Part shown: piece by piece, positions 52,830-62,570 of the stretch
Layout of the letters: each line of letters starts with the position of its first letter
How positions within the stretch are numbered: the stretch's first letter is position 1
From: an uncultured Acidobacteriaceae bacterium
GTDB lineage: Bacteria > Acidobacteriota > Terriglobia > Terriglobales > Acidobacteriaceae
Length of the DNA: 64,000 nucleotides
Assembly (NCBI GenBank): GCA_963835725.1
Contig: CAWIGM010000003.1
Location: 116,487 to 180,486 of the forward strand
Direction of reading: 5' to 3'
Position numbers and translations under genes: made by a program
The notes under the pieces: generated by a model
The model's input: the letters and a program-made list of their open reading frames with translations, nothing else
Told to the model about the DNA's origin: nothing
Database searches by the model: none

Positions 52830-54470
52830 ATGCGTATGGACAAAACACAGGTCGTCATCATCGGCGGAGGTGTAACCGGAGCGGGTCTCTTGTGGGACCT
52901 TTCGCTGCGTGGAATTTCTGCTGTCCTGCTCGAAAAGAAAGATCTGGCGAACGGAGCCACCGGGCGATGTCACGGGCTGCTGCACAGCGGCGGCCGCTAT
53001 GTCGTGAAAGACGCCGAGGCGGCGAAGGAATGCATCAGCGAAAACATGATCTTGAAGAAGATCGCCGCGGGGTGCATTCATGACACGGGAGGCCTCTTCG
53101 TCCACTTGAAAGAGGACGATCCGAAGTACGTGGACGACTGGTCTACGGGCTGCGGCAAGATCGGCATTCCGATCGAAGAGCTCTCGCGAACCGAGGCACT
53201 GAATCTCGAGCCAAACCTTCCGGACAGCCTGGTAAAGGCCTACACAATTCCCGATGCCCATGTCGATGTATTCCTGCTGACGCTGCTGAATGTCAAAGCC
53301 GCGGTGGCTCGTGGCGCACGCCTTCGCACCTATGCCGAAGTGACCGCGATCGACGTTGAAGATTCGCACGTGAAACGCGTTCGTTTCCGCGATACTCGAA
53401 CCGGCGAACTGGACGCCATCGAATGCGAGATCGTGATCAACGCAGCTGGTGGCTGGGCGCAACAAGTTGCGGCCATGGCGGGAGTCGAGGTTCCGGTGCG
53501 CTGCGATCGTGGTGCCTTGCTGATCTTCAACCATTGCGTGGTCACCCGCGTCGTGAATCGCCTCCGCAAACCGGGAGACGCCGACATCCTGGTACCATGC
53601 GGTCCCGTTTGCATTCTCGGGACAAGTTCAATCACGGTTCCCTCCCCTGAAAACCTGAGCGTGCTACCTGAAGAAATCCATAAGCTGATGGGCCTGGGAA
53701 TCGAGTTGATTCCTGCTCTCGCCGAAGCGCGACTGCTCCGCATCTTCACCGGCGCGCGTCCGCTGTACGTGCCGAAGAGTGCGACAGGTGCGGCCGGCCG
53801 CGAAGTCAGTCGCAACTTCGCCCTGCTGGATCATGACAGTAAAGACGGCGTCGGCGGATTTATCTCGATCGTTGGCGGAAAGCTCACGACGTATCGCCTG
53901 ATGGCCAAAGCCACCGCTGATCTTATTAGCAAGAAACTCGGCATCGACGAAGAGTGCACGACGGAAACAACACCGTTGCAGGAATCCGCCGACCAGGATG
54001 TCGTTTATGAGGCAGAGAAATTGCTGCCCGCGGCGGCGGTCGAAAAAGCAGGGCGGCGCCTGGGTGTCAGGCTGGCGCAGATGGTCAGCGCGATTCAGGC
54101 CAATCCCATGCTGTCAGAGATTGTCTGCGAGTGTGAGTTGGTCACGCGCGCCGAGTTGGATATGGTGCTGCGCGATGCCGCGGTTCCGGCGCTCACGATC
54201 GGCGACGTCGGCCGACGCACGCGTCTCGGCTTCGGCCCGTGCCAGGGAACCTTCTGCGGATACAAAGCGATGCTCGCCGGATATCAGAACCAGAACTGGT
54301 CGGCGGCCGAGGCTTCGGAACTTCTCCAGATTTATCTCAATGATCGCTGGAAGGGGCAGGGATGGGTTCCCGCCGGAAAGCAAGCGGAGCAGCTTTGCCT
54401 GAGTAAGGAGATTTTCGAGCCTGCCTACTACGTATCGGAAAGAATTGAGGTGACCACCCATGAGCGCTAA
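52830..54470 (+). CDS. glpA: Anaerobic glycerol-3-phosphate dehydrogenase subunit A
   Basis: VVIIGGGVTGAG FAD fold, GLLHSGGRY and a C-terminal BFD-like 2Fe-2S region CECELVTRAEL...GPCQGTFC. The start may be the second ATG, at 52836. Confidence 0.85.
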   Translation: MRMDKTQVVIIGGGVTGAGLLWDLSLRGISAVLLEKKDLANGATGRCHGLLHSGGRYVVKDAEAAKECISENMILKKIAAGCIHDTGGLFVHLKEDDPKYVDDWSTGCGKIGIPIEELSRTEALNLEPNLPDSLVKAYTIPDAHVDVFLLTLLNVKAAVARGARLRTYAEVTAIDVEDSHVKRVRFRDTRTGELDAIECEIVINAAGGWAQQVAAMAGVEVPVRCDRGALLIFNHCVVTRVVNRLRKPGDADILVPCGPVCILGTSSITVPSPENLSVLPEEIHKLMGLGIELIPALAEARLLRIFTGARPLYVPKSATGAAGREVSRNFALLDHDSKDGVGGFISIVGGKLTTYRLMAKATADLISKKLGIDEECTTETTPLQESADQDVVYEAEKLLPAAAVEKAGRRLGVRLAQMVSAIQANPMLSEIVCECELVTRAELDMVLRDAAVPALTIGDVGRRTRLGFGPCQGTFCGYKAMLAGYQNQNWSAAEASELLQIYLNDRWKGQGWVPAGKQAEQLCLSKEIFEPAYYVSERIEVTTHER

Positions 54471-55530
54471 CGGCGGCGAGGTGCTCGTAATCGGCGAAGG
54501 TCTGTCAGGCATCATGGCAGCAGCCAGCGCCGCCACGCAGGGTTCGCGCGTGACGCTCGTCAGCAAAGGCCCAGGCAACTTTGTATTGGGGCCTACGTGC
54601 GTGGATGCCGAAGGCCTGGCAGGCCTCTCTATGCCAGCTGACGTGCGGGAGGCGGCCATCGGGTGCTTCCTCGACCTGACCGCGTCCGCGGCATGCGCTT
54701 ATAGCGGCGGCAAACGTGAGCGACAACTTGTACCCACAATTCTTGGCACCTTTCAGGAAGTCTCCGTCGCACCCCGCTGGCTGTGGCAAGCCGACCCGCG
54801 GAAGCTCTCGAACGTCGTTGTTGTCGGCATCGCCAACCTGCCAAGCTTCGACGCAAAATTCCTCGCCGACCGTCTCGGGTATCAGGCCTCGGAGATGGGA
54901 TTGACGACCTGCTACAGGAGCGAGACCGTCACCCTGCCTCATCATCCAAAACACTCGCTGACCGCACTGGAGATCGCCAATGCCATCGATCGCGACGACT
55001 CGTATCGTATCGCCTTGGCCCATGCCGTTCGAGCAGTCGTTCGCGATGCAGAGCTGGTGATCCTGCCCGGTGTCCTTGGTGTGAAATCGAGTGACGCCGA
55101 CATCGTCTGCTTCGAGGAGGAGATTGGCTGCGCGGTTTGCGAACTGGCAACGCTGCCTCCTTCGGTTCCGGGTCTCAGGCTGCTGCAGCGACTCGAGCGG
55201 CGGCTCGCGGACTTACGCGTCGACATCTCCAGCGGCTTCGCAGTCCAGAAACTCTGCCTGGAGAACGGCCATTGTGTTGGAGCTGAATTAGAAACTCCGG
55301 GCCGTCCCCGGCGCTTGCGCGCCGATACGGTGATTCTTGCCTGCGGCAGGTTCGCTGAGTTCCTGGAAGCGTCAGTGGAAGCCAACCCCGAGTATCCGTC
55401 GAACGTATTTACCTGCGGCAGTCTGTTGGCACAATCCGAACCGCGGCATCGCAACGCGATCTCAATTCTTACGGGTTATCAGGCGGGACTACTGGCGAGC
55501 CAGCAAGGAGTGCAGCATGCGGGACGATGA
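54460..55530 (+). CDS. glpB: Anaerobic glycerol-3-phosphate dehydrogenase subunit B
   Basis: VLVIGEGLSGIMAA dinucleotide fold. Sits between glpA and glpC with overlapping stops and starts. Somewhat short at 356 aa. Confidence 0.7.
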   Translation: MSANGGEVLVIGEGLSGIMAAASAATQGSRVTLVSKGPGNFVLGPTCVDAEGLAGLSMPADVREAAIGCFLDLTASAACAYSGGKRERQLVPTILGTFQEVSVAPRWLWQADPRKLSNVVVVGIANLPSFDAKFLADRLGYQASEMGLTTCYRSETVTLPHHPKHSLTALEIANAIDRDDSYRIALAHAVRAVVRDAELVILPGVLGVKSSDADIVCFEEEIGCAVCELATLPPSVPGLRLLQRLERRLADLRVDISSGFAVQKLCLENGHCVGAELETPGRPRRLRADTVILACGRFAEFLEASVEANPEYPSNVFTCGSLLAQSEPRHRNAISILTGYQAGLLASQQGVQHAGR

Positions 55531-56722
55531 TCTGAAACTCGACAATTGTATAAAGTGCTCCGACTGCAATACCGTTTGCCCGGTCGCGAAGGTGTTTCCC
55601 GATTTCTCCGGGCCAAAGGCCCTTGGACCCGACATGGAGCGCTTCCGGCGCGAGGGCATCTCCAGCGACACTCGCTGGGTTGAATATTGCCTTGGCTGCA
55701 ATCGTTGTGATGTTGCATGTCCGCACAGCGTAAACGTCTCGGAGCTGATCGCGAAAGGTAAGGCTCAACACGCGAAAAGCGGCCGCGCGGCGTTGCGCGA
55801 TTACTGGCTGGCGCGGCCAAGCACGCTGGGCAAGCTGTGCTCGAGCATTGCTCCAGTGGCGAACGCCGTCATGAACCTGAAACCGAATCGCTGGCTCATG
55901 TCCTCTATTGGCCACATGACCTCGGAACGGAAACTGCCTCGTTACTACTCAACGCCAATTCGGCCAGAACTCAGAAATCACGGGTCGAAGCCGGTTCTAT
56001 TCTTCCCGGGCTGCTATATCCGATACAACAATCCGCGTATCGGGCAGATCGTCGTTGATCTGCTGCGGATCAATGGCTGCTCGGTCCAAATCGCCTCCGA
56101 CATCTGCTGCGGCATGCCGGCGATTGCCAATGGCGATAGCCAGCAGCTTACGGAGTGTGTGGAAAAGAATGTCAGCGAGATGGTCGAGGCCGTCGATCGC
56201 GGCGCGGTCATCGTCACCGCGTGCACCAGTTGCGGATATGCGCTGAAAGGAGACTACGCGCATCTGCTCACCGGCCACCCCACGCTGGCCGCGGCTGCTC
56301 AGAAGGTTTCCAGCAACACGTATGACCTGGGTGAACTGCTTGTCGAGCTGCAGGAAAATGGCAAGCTGAATACCGACTTCTCTGCCGCGAGCCATCGCCT
56401 CGCCTATCATGCTCCATGTCACATGAAGTCCCAGGGCATCGGCCGCCCCTGGCTAAAGATCCTGCGCTCGGTACCCGGCGTCGAGATTGAAGAAATCAAA
56501 GCCGACTGCTGCGGCATGGCAGGAACCTACGGCTTCAAAAACGAGAAATACAAGATCTCGATGGACATTGGCCGCGATCTCTTTCGCGGCATCCAGGCCT
56601 ACAAACCCGACTTGGCGGTCACCGAATGTGGCAGTTGCCAGATGCAGATCGAACACGGCGCACATGTGCGAACGGCGCATCCGGCCGAAATCCTCTATGA
56701 GGCCTACCAGCACAAAGACTAG
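55517..56722 (+). CDS. glpC: Anaerobic glycerol-3-phosphate dehydrogenase subunit C (Fe-S, CCG domains)
   Basis: CIKCSDCNTVCP and CLGCNRCDVACP ferredoxin motifs, plus two Cys-rich CCG regions (CCGMP, CCGMAG). Confidence 0.85.
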   Translation: MRDDDLKLDNCIKCSDCNTVCPVAKVFPDFSGPKALGPDMERFRREGISSDTRWVEYCLGCNRCDVACPHSVNVSELIAKGKAQHAKSGRAALRDYWLARPSTLGKLCSSIAPVANAVMNLKPNRWLMSSIGHMTSERKLPRYYSTPIRPELRNHGSKPVLFFPGCYIRYNNPRIGQIVVDLLRINGCSVQIASDICCGMPAIANGDSQQLTECVEKNVSEMVEAVDRGAVIVTACTSCGYALKGDYAHLLTGHPTLAAAAQKVSSNTYDLGELLVELQENGKLNTDFSAASHRLAYHAPCHMKSQGIGRPWLKILRSVPGVEIEEIKADCCGMAGTYGFKNEKYKISMDIGRDLFRGIQAYKPDLAVTECGSCQMQIEHGAHVRTAHPAEILYEAYQHKD

Positions 56723-56874
56723 AGCCGTGGCCGCCTGACTGCGGCTGCTGCTTCGGCTGGCCTGCGTAAGATCCGAACTCTTCCGTCAACAGCAGCATTG
56801 TTGCGTACGCGGTCGACGGAATATCATGATTCGTTCCACCGACTCGCATTCATACAATCTGAGGGTGCGCACGA

Positions 56875-57513
56875 ATGTTGCTTGGCTGCGTTGTGGCGGG
56901 AACCGTCGCCTATTTACTAGGGTCGATTCCCTTCGGACTGGTCCTGTTACGGGTATTTCGCGGAGTCGACGTCAGAAAAACCGGCAGCGGCAACATCGGT
57001 ACCGCCAATGTCGCCAGAGTTGCTCCCGGGCTAGGTTTGGCTACGCTTTTCTTCGACTCAGCTAAGGGATTGGTTGCGGTCCTGCTGGCCAGGGTCATCG
57101 GGACACACATGCTGAAAGGCTCGGCGGATCTGCAGAACATGGCGATCATCACCGGTCTGAGTGGCCTGCTCGCCATTGTCGGTCACGTGTTTCCGGTCTG
57201 GCTGAAGTTCAAGGGCGGCAAAGGTGTCGCGACAGCAATGGGAGCGTTCCTCGGGCTCATGCCTTGGGCGGTGCTGATCACGGTCGTTTTCTATGTCGTC
57301 ATTTATGCAATCTGGCACTACACGTCTTTGGCATCGATCACGTGCGCTGCATTATTCCCTATCGTTGCTGGCTTCCTGATGCCGGCAGTCGAACGTCCCT
57401 TGCTGCTGCCCTTTCTCGTCGCGGCTTCCTTGCTCATCATCGTGAAGCATCACGAAAACATCCGCCGGTTGCTGGCCGGTACCGAAAACCGTCTCGATCT
57501 GAAACGGCACTGA
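56875..57513 (+). CDS. plsY: Glycerol-3-phosphate acyltransferase (acyl-phosphate dependent)
   Basis: YLLGSIPFG, GSGNIGTANV, HVFPVWLKFKGGKGVAT and KHHENIRRL are PlsY motifs. Confidence 0.9.
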   Translation: MLLGCVVAGTVAYLLGSIPFGLVLLRVFRGVDVRKTGSGNIGTANVARVAPGLGLATLFFDSAKGLVAVLLARVIGTHMLKGSADLQNMAIITGLSGLLAIVGHVFPVWLKFKGGKGVATAMGAFLGLMPWAVLITVVFYVVIYAIWHYTSLASITCAALFPIVAGFLMPAVERPLLLPFLVAASLLIIVKHHENIRRLLAGTENRLDLKRH

Positions 57514-57555
57514 GACAGCCACCTTGCCGTAATCACCACATTTGAATGCCATCTA

Positions 57556-57571
57556 TGTGATCTGAATCACA
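57556..57571. promoter_or_regulatory. Perfect CRP-type palindrome TGTGA-N6-TCACA upstream of glpP
   Basis: tgtga tctgaa tcaca, centred ~47 nt upstream of the glpP ATG (57611). Confidence 0.45.
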
Positions 57572-57610
57572 GCTACAGGTCTAATTCCCATTTAGAAACA
57601 AGGTAGTCAC

Positions 57611-58280
57611 ATGCCTACCTCATTCAGGTCCGAACACGGCTCAATCCGGATTGCCGGTAACACAGCGGCTCACCACGACAACCGAAGCCGGGAAGAACGC
57701 ACTCGCGAAAGTCTGGAGCGCTTCATCGTACTCCTTGAGCAAACACCCATTATCCCCGCCGTTCGTTCTCCGGAATACCTTATTCCAGAGCAGCCAGTGC
57801 CCGGGTAAAATCGTGTACTTCCTCTTCGGCGATCCGGAAAACAGCAGTGACATGATGGCGTTTGTAGCGGCCGCGGGTAAGGTGCCGATTATCAATATCG
57901 ACCTGGCTGCAGGATTTGCCCGTGACCATGCTGCCGTTTCATACCTGGCGCGTCGCAGTGTTCAGGGCATCATATCGACACATCCCGAGCCCCTTCGGGC
58001 CGCACGCGATCTGGGATTATTTGCCGTCAAGCGAACCTTTCTGCTGGATTCCGCCGCACTGGAAAGCGCTTTGCGCAGCCTCGATCAGTTCATGCCCGAC
58101 GCCTTGGAGGTGCTGCCTGCGATGGCCGCCCCGCACATCGTCAACCGGCTCCATGAGCTCTATCCCAGGCTGCCCGTGATCGCCGGCGGCCTCATCACGA
58201 CCTTGCGTGAGATCGACGATTTGATCACCCATGGCATCCACGCGGTTTCAGTCAGCGACCCTCGGCTCTGGGTGGCTTGA
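57611..58280 (+). CDS. glpP: Glycerol-3-phosphate responsive antiterminator (GlpP family). The frame is broken by an apparent 1-nt insertion near 57779-57783.
   Basis: Frame 1 ends ...LEQTPIIPAVRSPEYL. The next frame continues FQSSQCPGKIVYFLFGDPENSSDMMAFVAAAGKVPIINIDLAAGFARDHAAVSYLA...GIISTH...AGGLITT, the G3P_antiterm pattern. Confidence 0.7.
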
Positions 58281-58421
58281 GGCCGTTTCCTCATCCAAAA
58301 ACCTTACTGAACGGGAAATCAGCCTCCGAACGTGGGCACGTCACAGTTTCCAGAGACAGAGGTCACAGACAGGGGAGTTTGCAGAACAATAAATTGATAT
58401 TGCGCGGCAGAGACATAGAGA

Positions 58422-58498
58422 GGCCGTCCGGAGTCAGAAAGTTTCCACCTAGGGCGGGTGGGAGACTTTTTGCTTCGGACGGCCCTTTCATTTCCTCC
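58422..58498 (+). promoter_or_regulatory. Long two-tier hairpin with a U-rich tail in the porin/glpK leader (candidate attenuator)
   Basis: Outer stem GGCCGTCCG (58422-30) pairs with CGGACGGCC (58476-84). Inner stem TTTCCACC pairs with GGTGGGA. Followed by CTTTCATTTCC, ~40 nt before the porin ATG. Confidence 0.4.
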
Positions 58499-58535
58499 TG
58501 CAGATCGCACACCGCACACATTAAAAGGAGAAGCT

Positions 58536-60029
58536 ATGGAGAAGTCCAGCCGGCTTCACAGATTCGAGAGAAACATCTTTGTACTTTCTACAATCCTCTT
58601 CGTGATCTGTCTGCTCTTAGTCGCATTACCAGCTGTTGCTCAAGACACGTCATCTTCGTCTTCCAATCAAACGACCACCCAAACGACACCTCCATCATCC
58701 ACTGGTGGAATCAAAGCCAACCCCGGCACAGATAAGGGCTCCACTCCGGTACCCGAAGCCAAGCCGGATTTCTGGCACCAACAGTATCTCCTCGGTGATT
58801 GGGGCGGAGAGCGCACCAAGTTGGCCGAGCAGTACGGAGTAACCTTCGACTTCTTCTACGTCACCGACATGCTGTATGCCGACAACGCCCGGGTCAAAGA
58901 TGGTGGCGCCGGATGGAACCGCGTCCGCGGCACCATGGATATTGATTTCGGCAAACTGGCAGGCGTGAAGGGCTTATTCTTCCACGTAACTGGATTGTGG
59001 CAAGGTGGTCCAAATCTCGGTGCCGATTACCTGGGCAGCATCTCCAATCCTAGCGGCTTGGTGAGCGCTCGGACGGAAATTCTCGACTCCTACTGGCTGG
59101 AATACGACATGTTGGACCAGAAAGTTGCATTCCGCTTCGGCCAGTTCGCCAGCATGGATATCTACGGCCTCCAGCCTTATGGTGGAGCATTCTTGATGGA
59201 GCCACTGGATTACGGCTTCAACAACCGCTTCAACGACTACGCTTCGTTCGACCCTGCTTCCGGTCCCGGTATGCAGATACAGGTGAAACCTACGCCTTGG
59301 ATGTATTTCAGGGGCGCCTACACCTCCGGCAACCGCAACCCTTATGTACAGGATCCGAATGGCTTCCATTATGTGAAAGCGAATTCGGGCGTGCTGAGTG
59401 ACGAAATCGGCTTCGTCCACGATCAAATCCCGAATCCTAAGAATGCAGACCAGAAACGCTATCCTGGCCAGTATGCTTTCGGGTCGACCTACAACGGAGG
59501 CAAGTTCGCAAATTCGTTCTGCAGTCCGACGGCTCAAGTTGCTTACTGCCCGCCGGTCACTTCGGAATACTATACAAACCCCCTGTTCTTCTCGCCCTAC
59601 ACGGGCAACTACGTGATGTATGCCATGGCAAACCAGGCGATCTACCGTCGGAAACCCAACTCGAACACCGGGTTGGACGCACTATTCGGTATCGCATGGT
59701 CGCCGAATGAACCCTACAACTTCGTAGACAAAAACATCCTCGCCGGCGTGGTTTACAACGGACCGATTCCTTCCCGGCCGAAGGATTCTCTCGCTTTCGC
59801 ACTGTCCTATAGCGGTGTGAGCAGCAAGTACAACCAGGCCTATCTCTCGGCTAGTCCAGCCGGGACTTGGCCCTACTCATCCGAGACGGCGTACGAATTT
59901 AACTATATGTTCCAGGCCACACCGTTCTGGATGGTTCAGCCAACCGTGCAGTGGTATCACAACACGGGCGGGTTCTCGAACTCCCCGACCGGAGTTGTAC
60001 TCGGTTTCCGTACAAAGATTGACTTCTAG
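58536..60029 (+). CDS. Carbohydrate-selective porin, OprB family
   Basis: AAGGAG SD. Signal peptide, Ser/Thr-rich linker, then LLGDWGG.R..L...G..F and a C-terminal ...GFRTKIDF beta-barrel terminus. Confidence 0.75.
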   Translation: MEKSSRLHRFERNIFVLSTILFVICLLLVALPAVAQDTSSSSSNQTTTQTTPPSSTGGIKANPGTDKGSTPVPEAKPDFWHQQYLLGDWGGERTKLAEQYGVTFDFFYVTDMLYADNARVKDGGAGWNRVRGTMDIDFGKLAGVKGLFFHVTGLWQGGPNLGADYLGSISNPSGLVSARTEILDSYWLEYDMLDQKVAFRFGQFASMDIYGLQPYGGAFLMEPLDYGFNNRFNDYASFDPASGPGMQIQVKPTPWMYFRGAYTSGNRNPYVQDPNGFHYVKANSGVLSDEIGFVHDQIPNPKNADQKRYPGQYAFGSTYNGGKFANSFCSPTAQVAYCPPVTSEYYTNPLFFSPYTGNYVMYAMANQAIYRRKPNSNTGLDALFGIAWSPNEPYNFVDKNILAGVVYNGPIPSRPKDSLAFALSYSGVSSKYNQAYLSASPAGTWPYSSETAYEFNYMFQATPFWMVQPTVQWYHNTGGFSNSPTGVVLGFRTKIDF

Positions 60030-60138
60030 ACACAGTGCGCATAACGAATCAGATATATGAAATGCCGCTCCGAGCGGAATGCAGGAAATCAAAGGCATTC
60101 TCTTTGACTCACTGATCGGCGGAGGGCAGGAGGAAAGA

Positions 60139-61689
60139 ATGGCGAATTACATTGGAGCAATTGATCAGGGCACGACGAGCACCCGCTTCATCGTGTTTGA
60201 CCGTTCCGGACGGATCGTCACCACGGCCCAGAAGGAACACGAGCAAATCTACCCCAAGCCAGGTTGGGTTGAGCACAATCCCGAAGAGATCTGGGCCCGT
60301 ACCCAGGAAGTCATCGAAGAAGCGCTAAAGGCCAAGAACCTGACCGCGAAAGACCTCGCGGGCGTCGGCATCACCAACCAGCGCGAGACCACGGTCGTCT
60401 GGAACAAGAAGACCGGCAAGCCGGTTTACAACGCGTTGGTCTGGCAGGACACCCGCACCGCCGACTACGTTGCGGAGTACTCCCGCATCGGCGGTCAGGA
60501 CCAGTTCCGTCGCAAGACTGGTCTGCCGTTGGCAACCTACTTCAGCGGTCTGAAAATTAAGTGGATCCTGGAGAACGTTCCCGGCGTTCGTCCGCTGGCT
60601 GAAAAGGGTGAAGTACTCTTCGGCAACATCGATACCTACCTGATCTGGCACCTCACGGGCGGCCCGAACGGTGGTATTCATGTCACCGACGTCAGCAATG
60701 CAAGCCGCACGCAATTAATGAATCTCGAGACCCTCGCATGGAGCTCGGAGATTACCAAGGCCTTCAATATTCCGTTGGCGATGCTGCCGAAGATCTGCTC
60801 CAGCAGCGAAGTCTACGGGACCGTGAAAGTCACCGCGCTGGCGGGCATTCCCGTAGCCGGCGACCTGGGCGACCAGCAGGCCGCTCTGGTCGGACAGACC
60901 TGCTTCAAGCCCGGACAGGCAAAGAACACCTATGGCACAGGCTGCTTCCTGCTCCTGAACACCGGAACCACTCCGGTCCAGTCGCAGTTCGGCCTGCTGA
61001 CCACCTTGGCGTACAAGCTCGGCAAAGAGCCGGCTGTTTACGCTCTGGAAGGCAGCGTTGCCATTACCGGTGCCTTGGTGCAGTGGCTGCGTGACAACCT
61101 GGGAATGATCAGCAAGAGCTCGGATATCGAAGCTCTGGCCAAGACAGTTGAGGACAACGGCGGCGTGTACTTCGTACCGGCGTTCTCCGGACTGTTCGCT
61201 CCCTACTGGAAGGCTTCGGCTCGCGGCGTGATCGCGGGTCTCACCCGTTATGTCAATAAGGGCCACATCGCACGTGCGGTCCTGGAAGCCACCGCGTTCC
61301 AGACTCGCGAAGTCGTTGACGCTATGAAGAACGACTCCGGTATCGAGCTTGACGTGCTGCGCACCGACGGCGGCATGGTCTTCAACAACCTGCTCATGCA
61401 GTTCCAGGCCGACATTCTTAACAAGCCTGTCGTGAAGCCTGTTGTCAACGAGACCACTGCTCTGGGCGCTGCTTATGCAGCCGGCCTGGCTGTTGGCTTC
61501 TACAAGAACCTCGACGACCTGGTGGCGAACTGGGCCGTTGATCACACCTGGAAACCGGACATGGACCCGGTGAAGCGCGAAACCGAATACAAGCTGTGGA
61601 AGAAAGCTGTTACCCGTACTTTCGATTGGGTTGAAGAAGCACCAAAGGTTGAAGAACCCGAGAAAGAACTCGCAGCCACCACAAAATAA
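60139..61689 (+). CDS. glpK: Glycerol kinase
   Basis: [42 protein letters not shown] and TYGTGCFLL are FGGY/GlpK motifs. GGAGG SD. Confidence 0.95.
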   Translation: MANYIGAIDQGTTSTRFIVFDRSGRIVTTAQKEHEQIYPKPGWVEHNPEEIWARTQEVIEEALKAKNLTAKDLAGVGITNQRETTVVWNKKTGKPVYNALVWQDTRTADYVAEYSRIGGQDQFRRKTGLPLATYFSGLKIKWILENVPGVRPLAEKGEVLFGNIDTYLIWHLTGGPNGGIHVTDVSNASRTQLMNLETLAWSSEITKAFNIPLAMLPKICSSSEVYGTVKVTALAGIPVAGDLGDQQAALVGQTCFKPGQAKNTYGTGCFLLLNTGTTPVQSQFGLLTTLAYKLGKEPAVYALEGSVAITGALVQWLRDNLGMISKSSDIEALAKTVEDNGGVYFVPAFSGLFAPYWKASARGVIAGLTRYVNKGHIARAVLEATAFQTREVVDAMKNDSGIELDVLRTDGGMVFNNLLMQFQADILNKPVVKPVVNETTALGAAYAAGLAVGFYKNLDDLVANWAVDHTWKPDMDPVKRETEYKLWKKAVTRTFDWVEEAPKVEEPEKELAATTK

Positions 61690-61708
61690 CCGTAAGGAGA
61701 CTGAACTT

Positions 61709-62437
61709 ATGCATGGACCATTATTTGGTGAATTCATGGGAACCATGGTGCTGATCCTCCTGGGCGACGGCGTAGTAGCCAACGTCCTCCTCAAGAAGTC
61801 GAAAGGCGAGGGATCGGGCTGGATCGTCATCACAACCGGATGGGGAATGGCAGTGATGGCCGGAATCTTTACGGCAATCGCCTGCGGAAGCTCCGCCGCG
61901 CACATCAATCCTGCGGTCACGCTGGCTGTGGCCCTGCTCTCCGGCAAGTGGAGCATGGTTCTGCCCTTCTGGGCAGCTCAGTTTGCCGGCGCCTTCGTGG
62001 GCGCGACGTTAACCTGGCTCGTCTATCTGCCGCACTGGGCAGTTACGGACGATCCGGGCGCAAAGCTGGGTATCTTCTGCACCGGCCCCGCGATCCGCAA
62101 TCTTCCCGAGAACTTCCTGACCGAAGTTATCGCGACCACTACGCTGATCTGCGTCGGCTTCGCGTTTGGTGCAACAGCTGTTTCGCCAAACGGCCTGCCT
62201 CCGGGATTTGCTCCGTACCTCTGGGGATGCCTGGTATGGGTACTCGGTCTGTGCCTCGGTGGCCCGACCGGTTACGCCATGAACCCTGCTCGTGACTTCG
62301 GTCCGCGCGTGGCTCATGCCGTTCTGCCTATCCCTGGCAAGGGTGGTTCGGATTGGGGTTATGCCCTGATTCCGATCCTCGGACCGTTGGTTGGTGCCGG
62401 TATTGCCGCTGCCAGCATTCACCTCATCAAGTACTAG
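61709..62437 (+). CDS. glpF: Aquaglyceroporin / glycerol uptake facilitator (MIP family)
   Basis: Two NPA boxes (HINPAVT, AMNPARDFGPR). AAGGAG SD. Lies 19 nt after glpK. Confidence 0.9.
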   Translation: MHGPLFGEFMGTMVLILLGDGVVANVLLKKSKGEGSGWIVITTGWGMAVMAGIFTAIACGSSAAHINPAVTLAVALLSGKWSMVLPFWAAQFAGAFVGATLTWLVYLPHWAVTDDPGAKLGIFCTGPAIRNLPENFLTEVIATTTLICVGFAFGATAVSPNGLPPGFAPYLWGCLVWVLGLCLGGPTGYAMNPARDFGPRVAHAVLPIPGKGGSDWGYALIPILGPLVGAGIAAASIHLIKY

Positions 62438-62476
62438 GGAGTGGTTGCCGCAACCTGGTGCAAATCCTCTCTTCGC

Positions 62477-62507
62477 GCTGGCGTCGCCTTTAAGGGGCGG
62501 CGCCAGC
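62477..62507 (+). terminator. Strong GC hairpin after glpF (terminator-like or REP-like, no U-tract)
   Basis: GCTGGCGTCGCC-tttaagg-GGCGGCGCCAGC, 12-bp stem with one G-U pair. Confidence 0.4.
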
Positions 62508-62570
62508 CGAAAGAAGTCTTAAGAGCTCAACTCCAAAATTCGTCGGCTGTACGTAGAAGGAGGTAAGCAA

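Noticed and set aside
52394-53534. Minus-strand ORFs (52394..52960 of 188 aa, 52435..52848 of 137 aa and 52815..53534 of 239 aa) in the glpA leader and 5' region
   Set aside because: They have no SD and no motifs. They overlap the well-supported glpA and each other, so they are treated as chance ORFs in GC-rich DNA.
58338-58372. Direct repeat GTCACAG-N15-GTCACAG in the porin leader as a response-regulator site
   Set aside because: It is short (7 nt) with unusual spacing and no supporting second instance in the window. I kept it only as a note.
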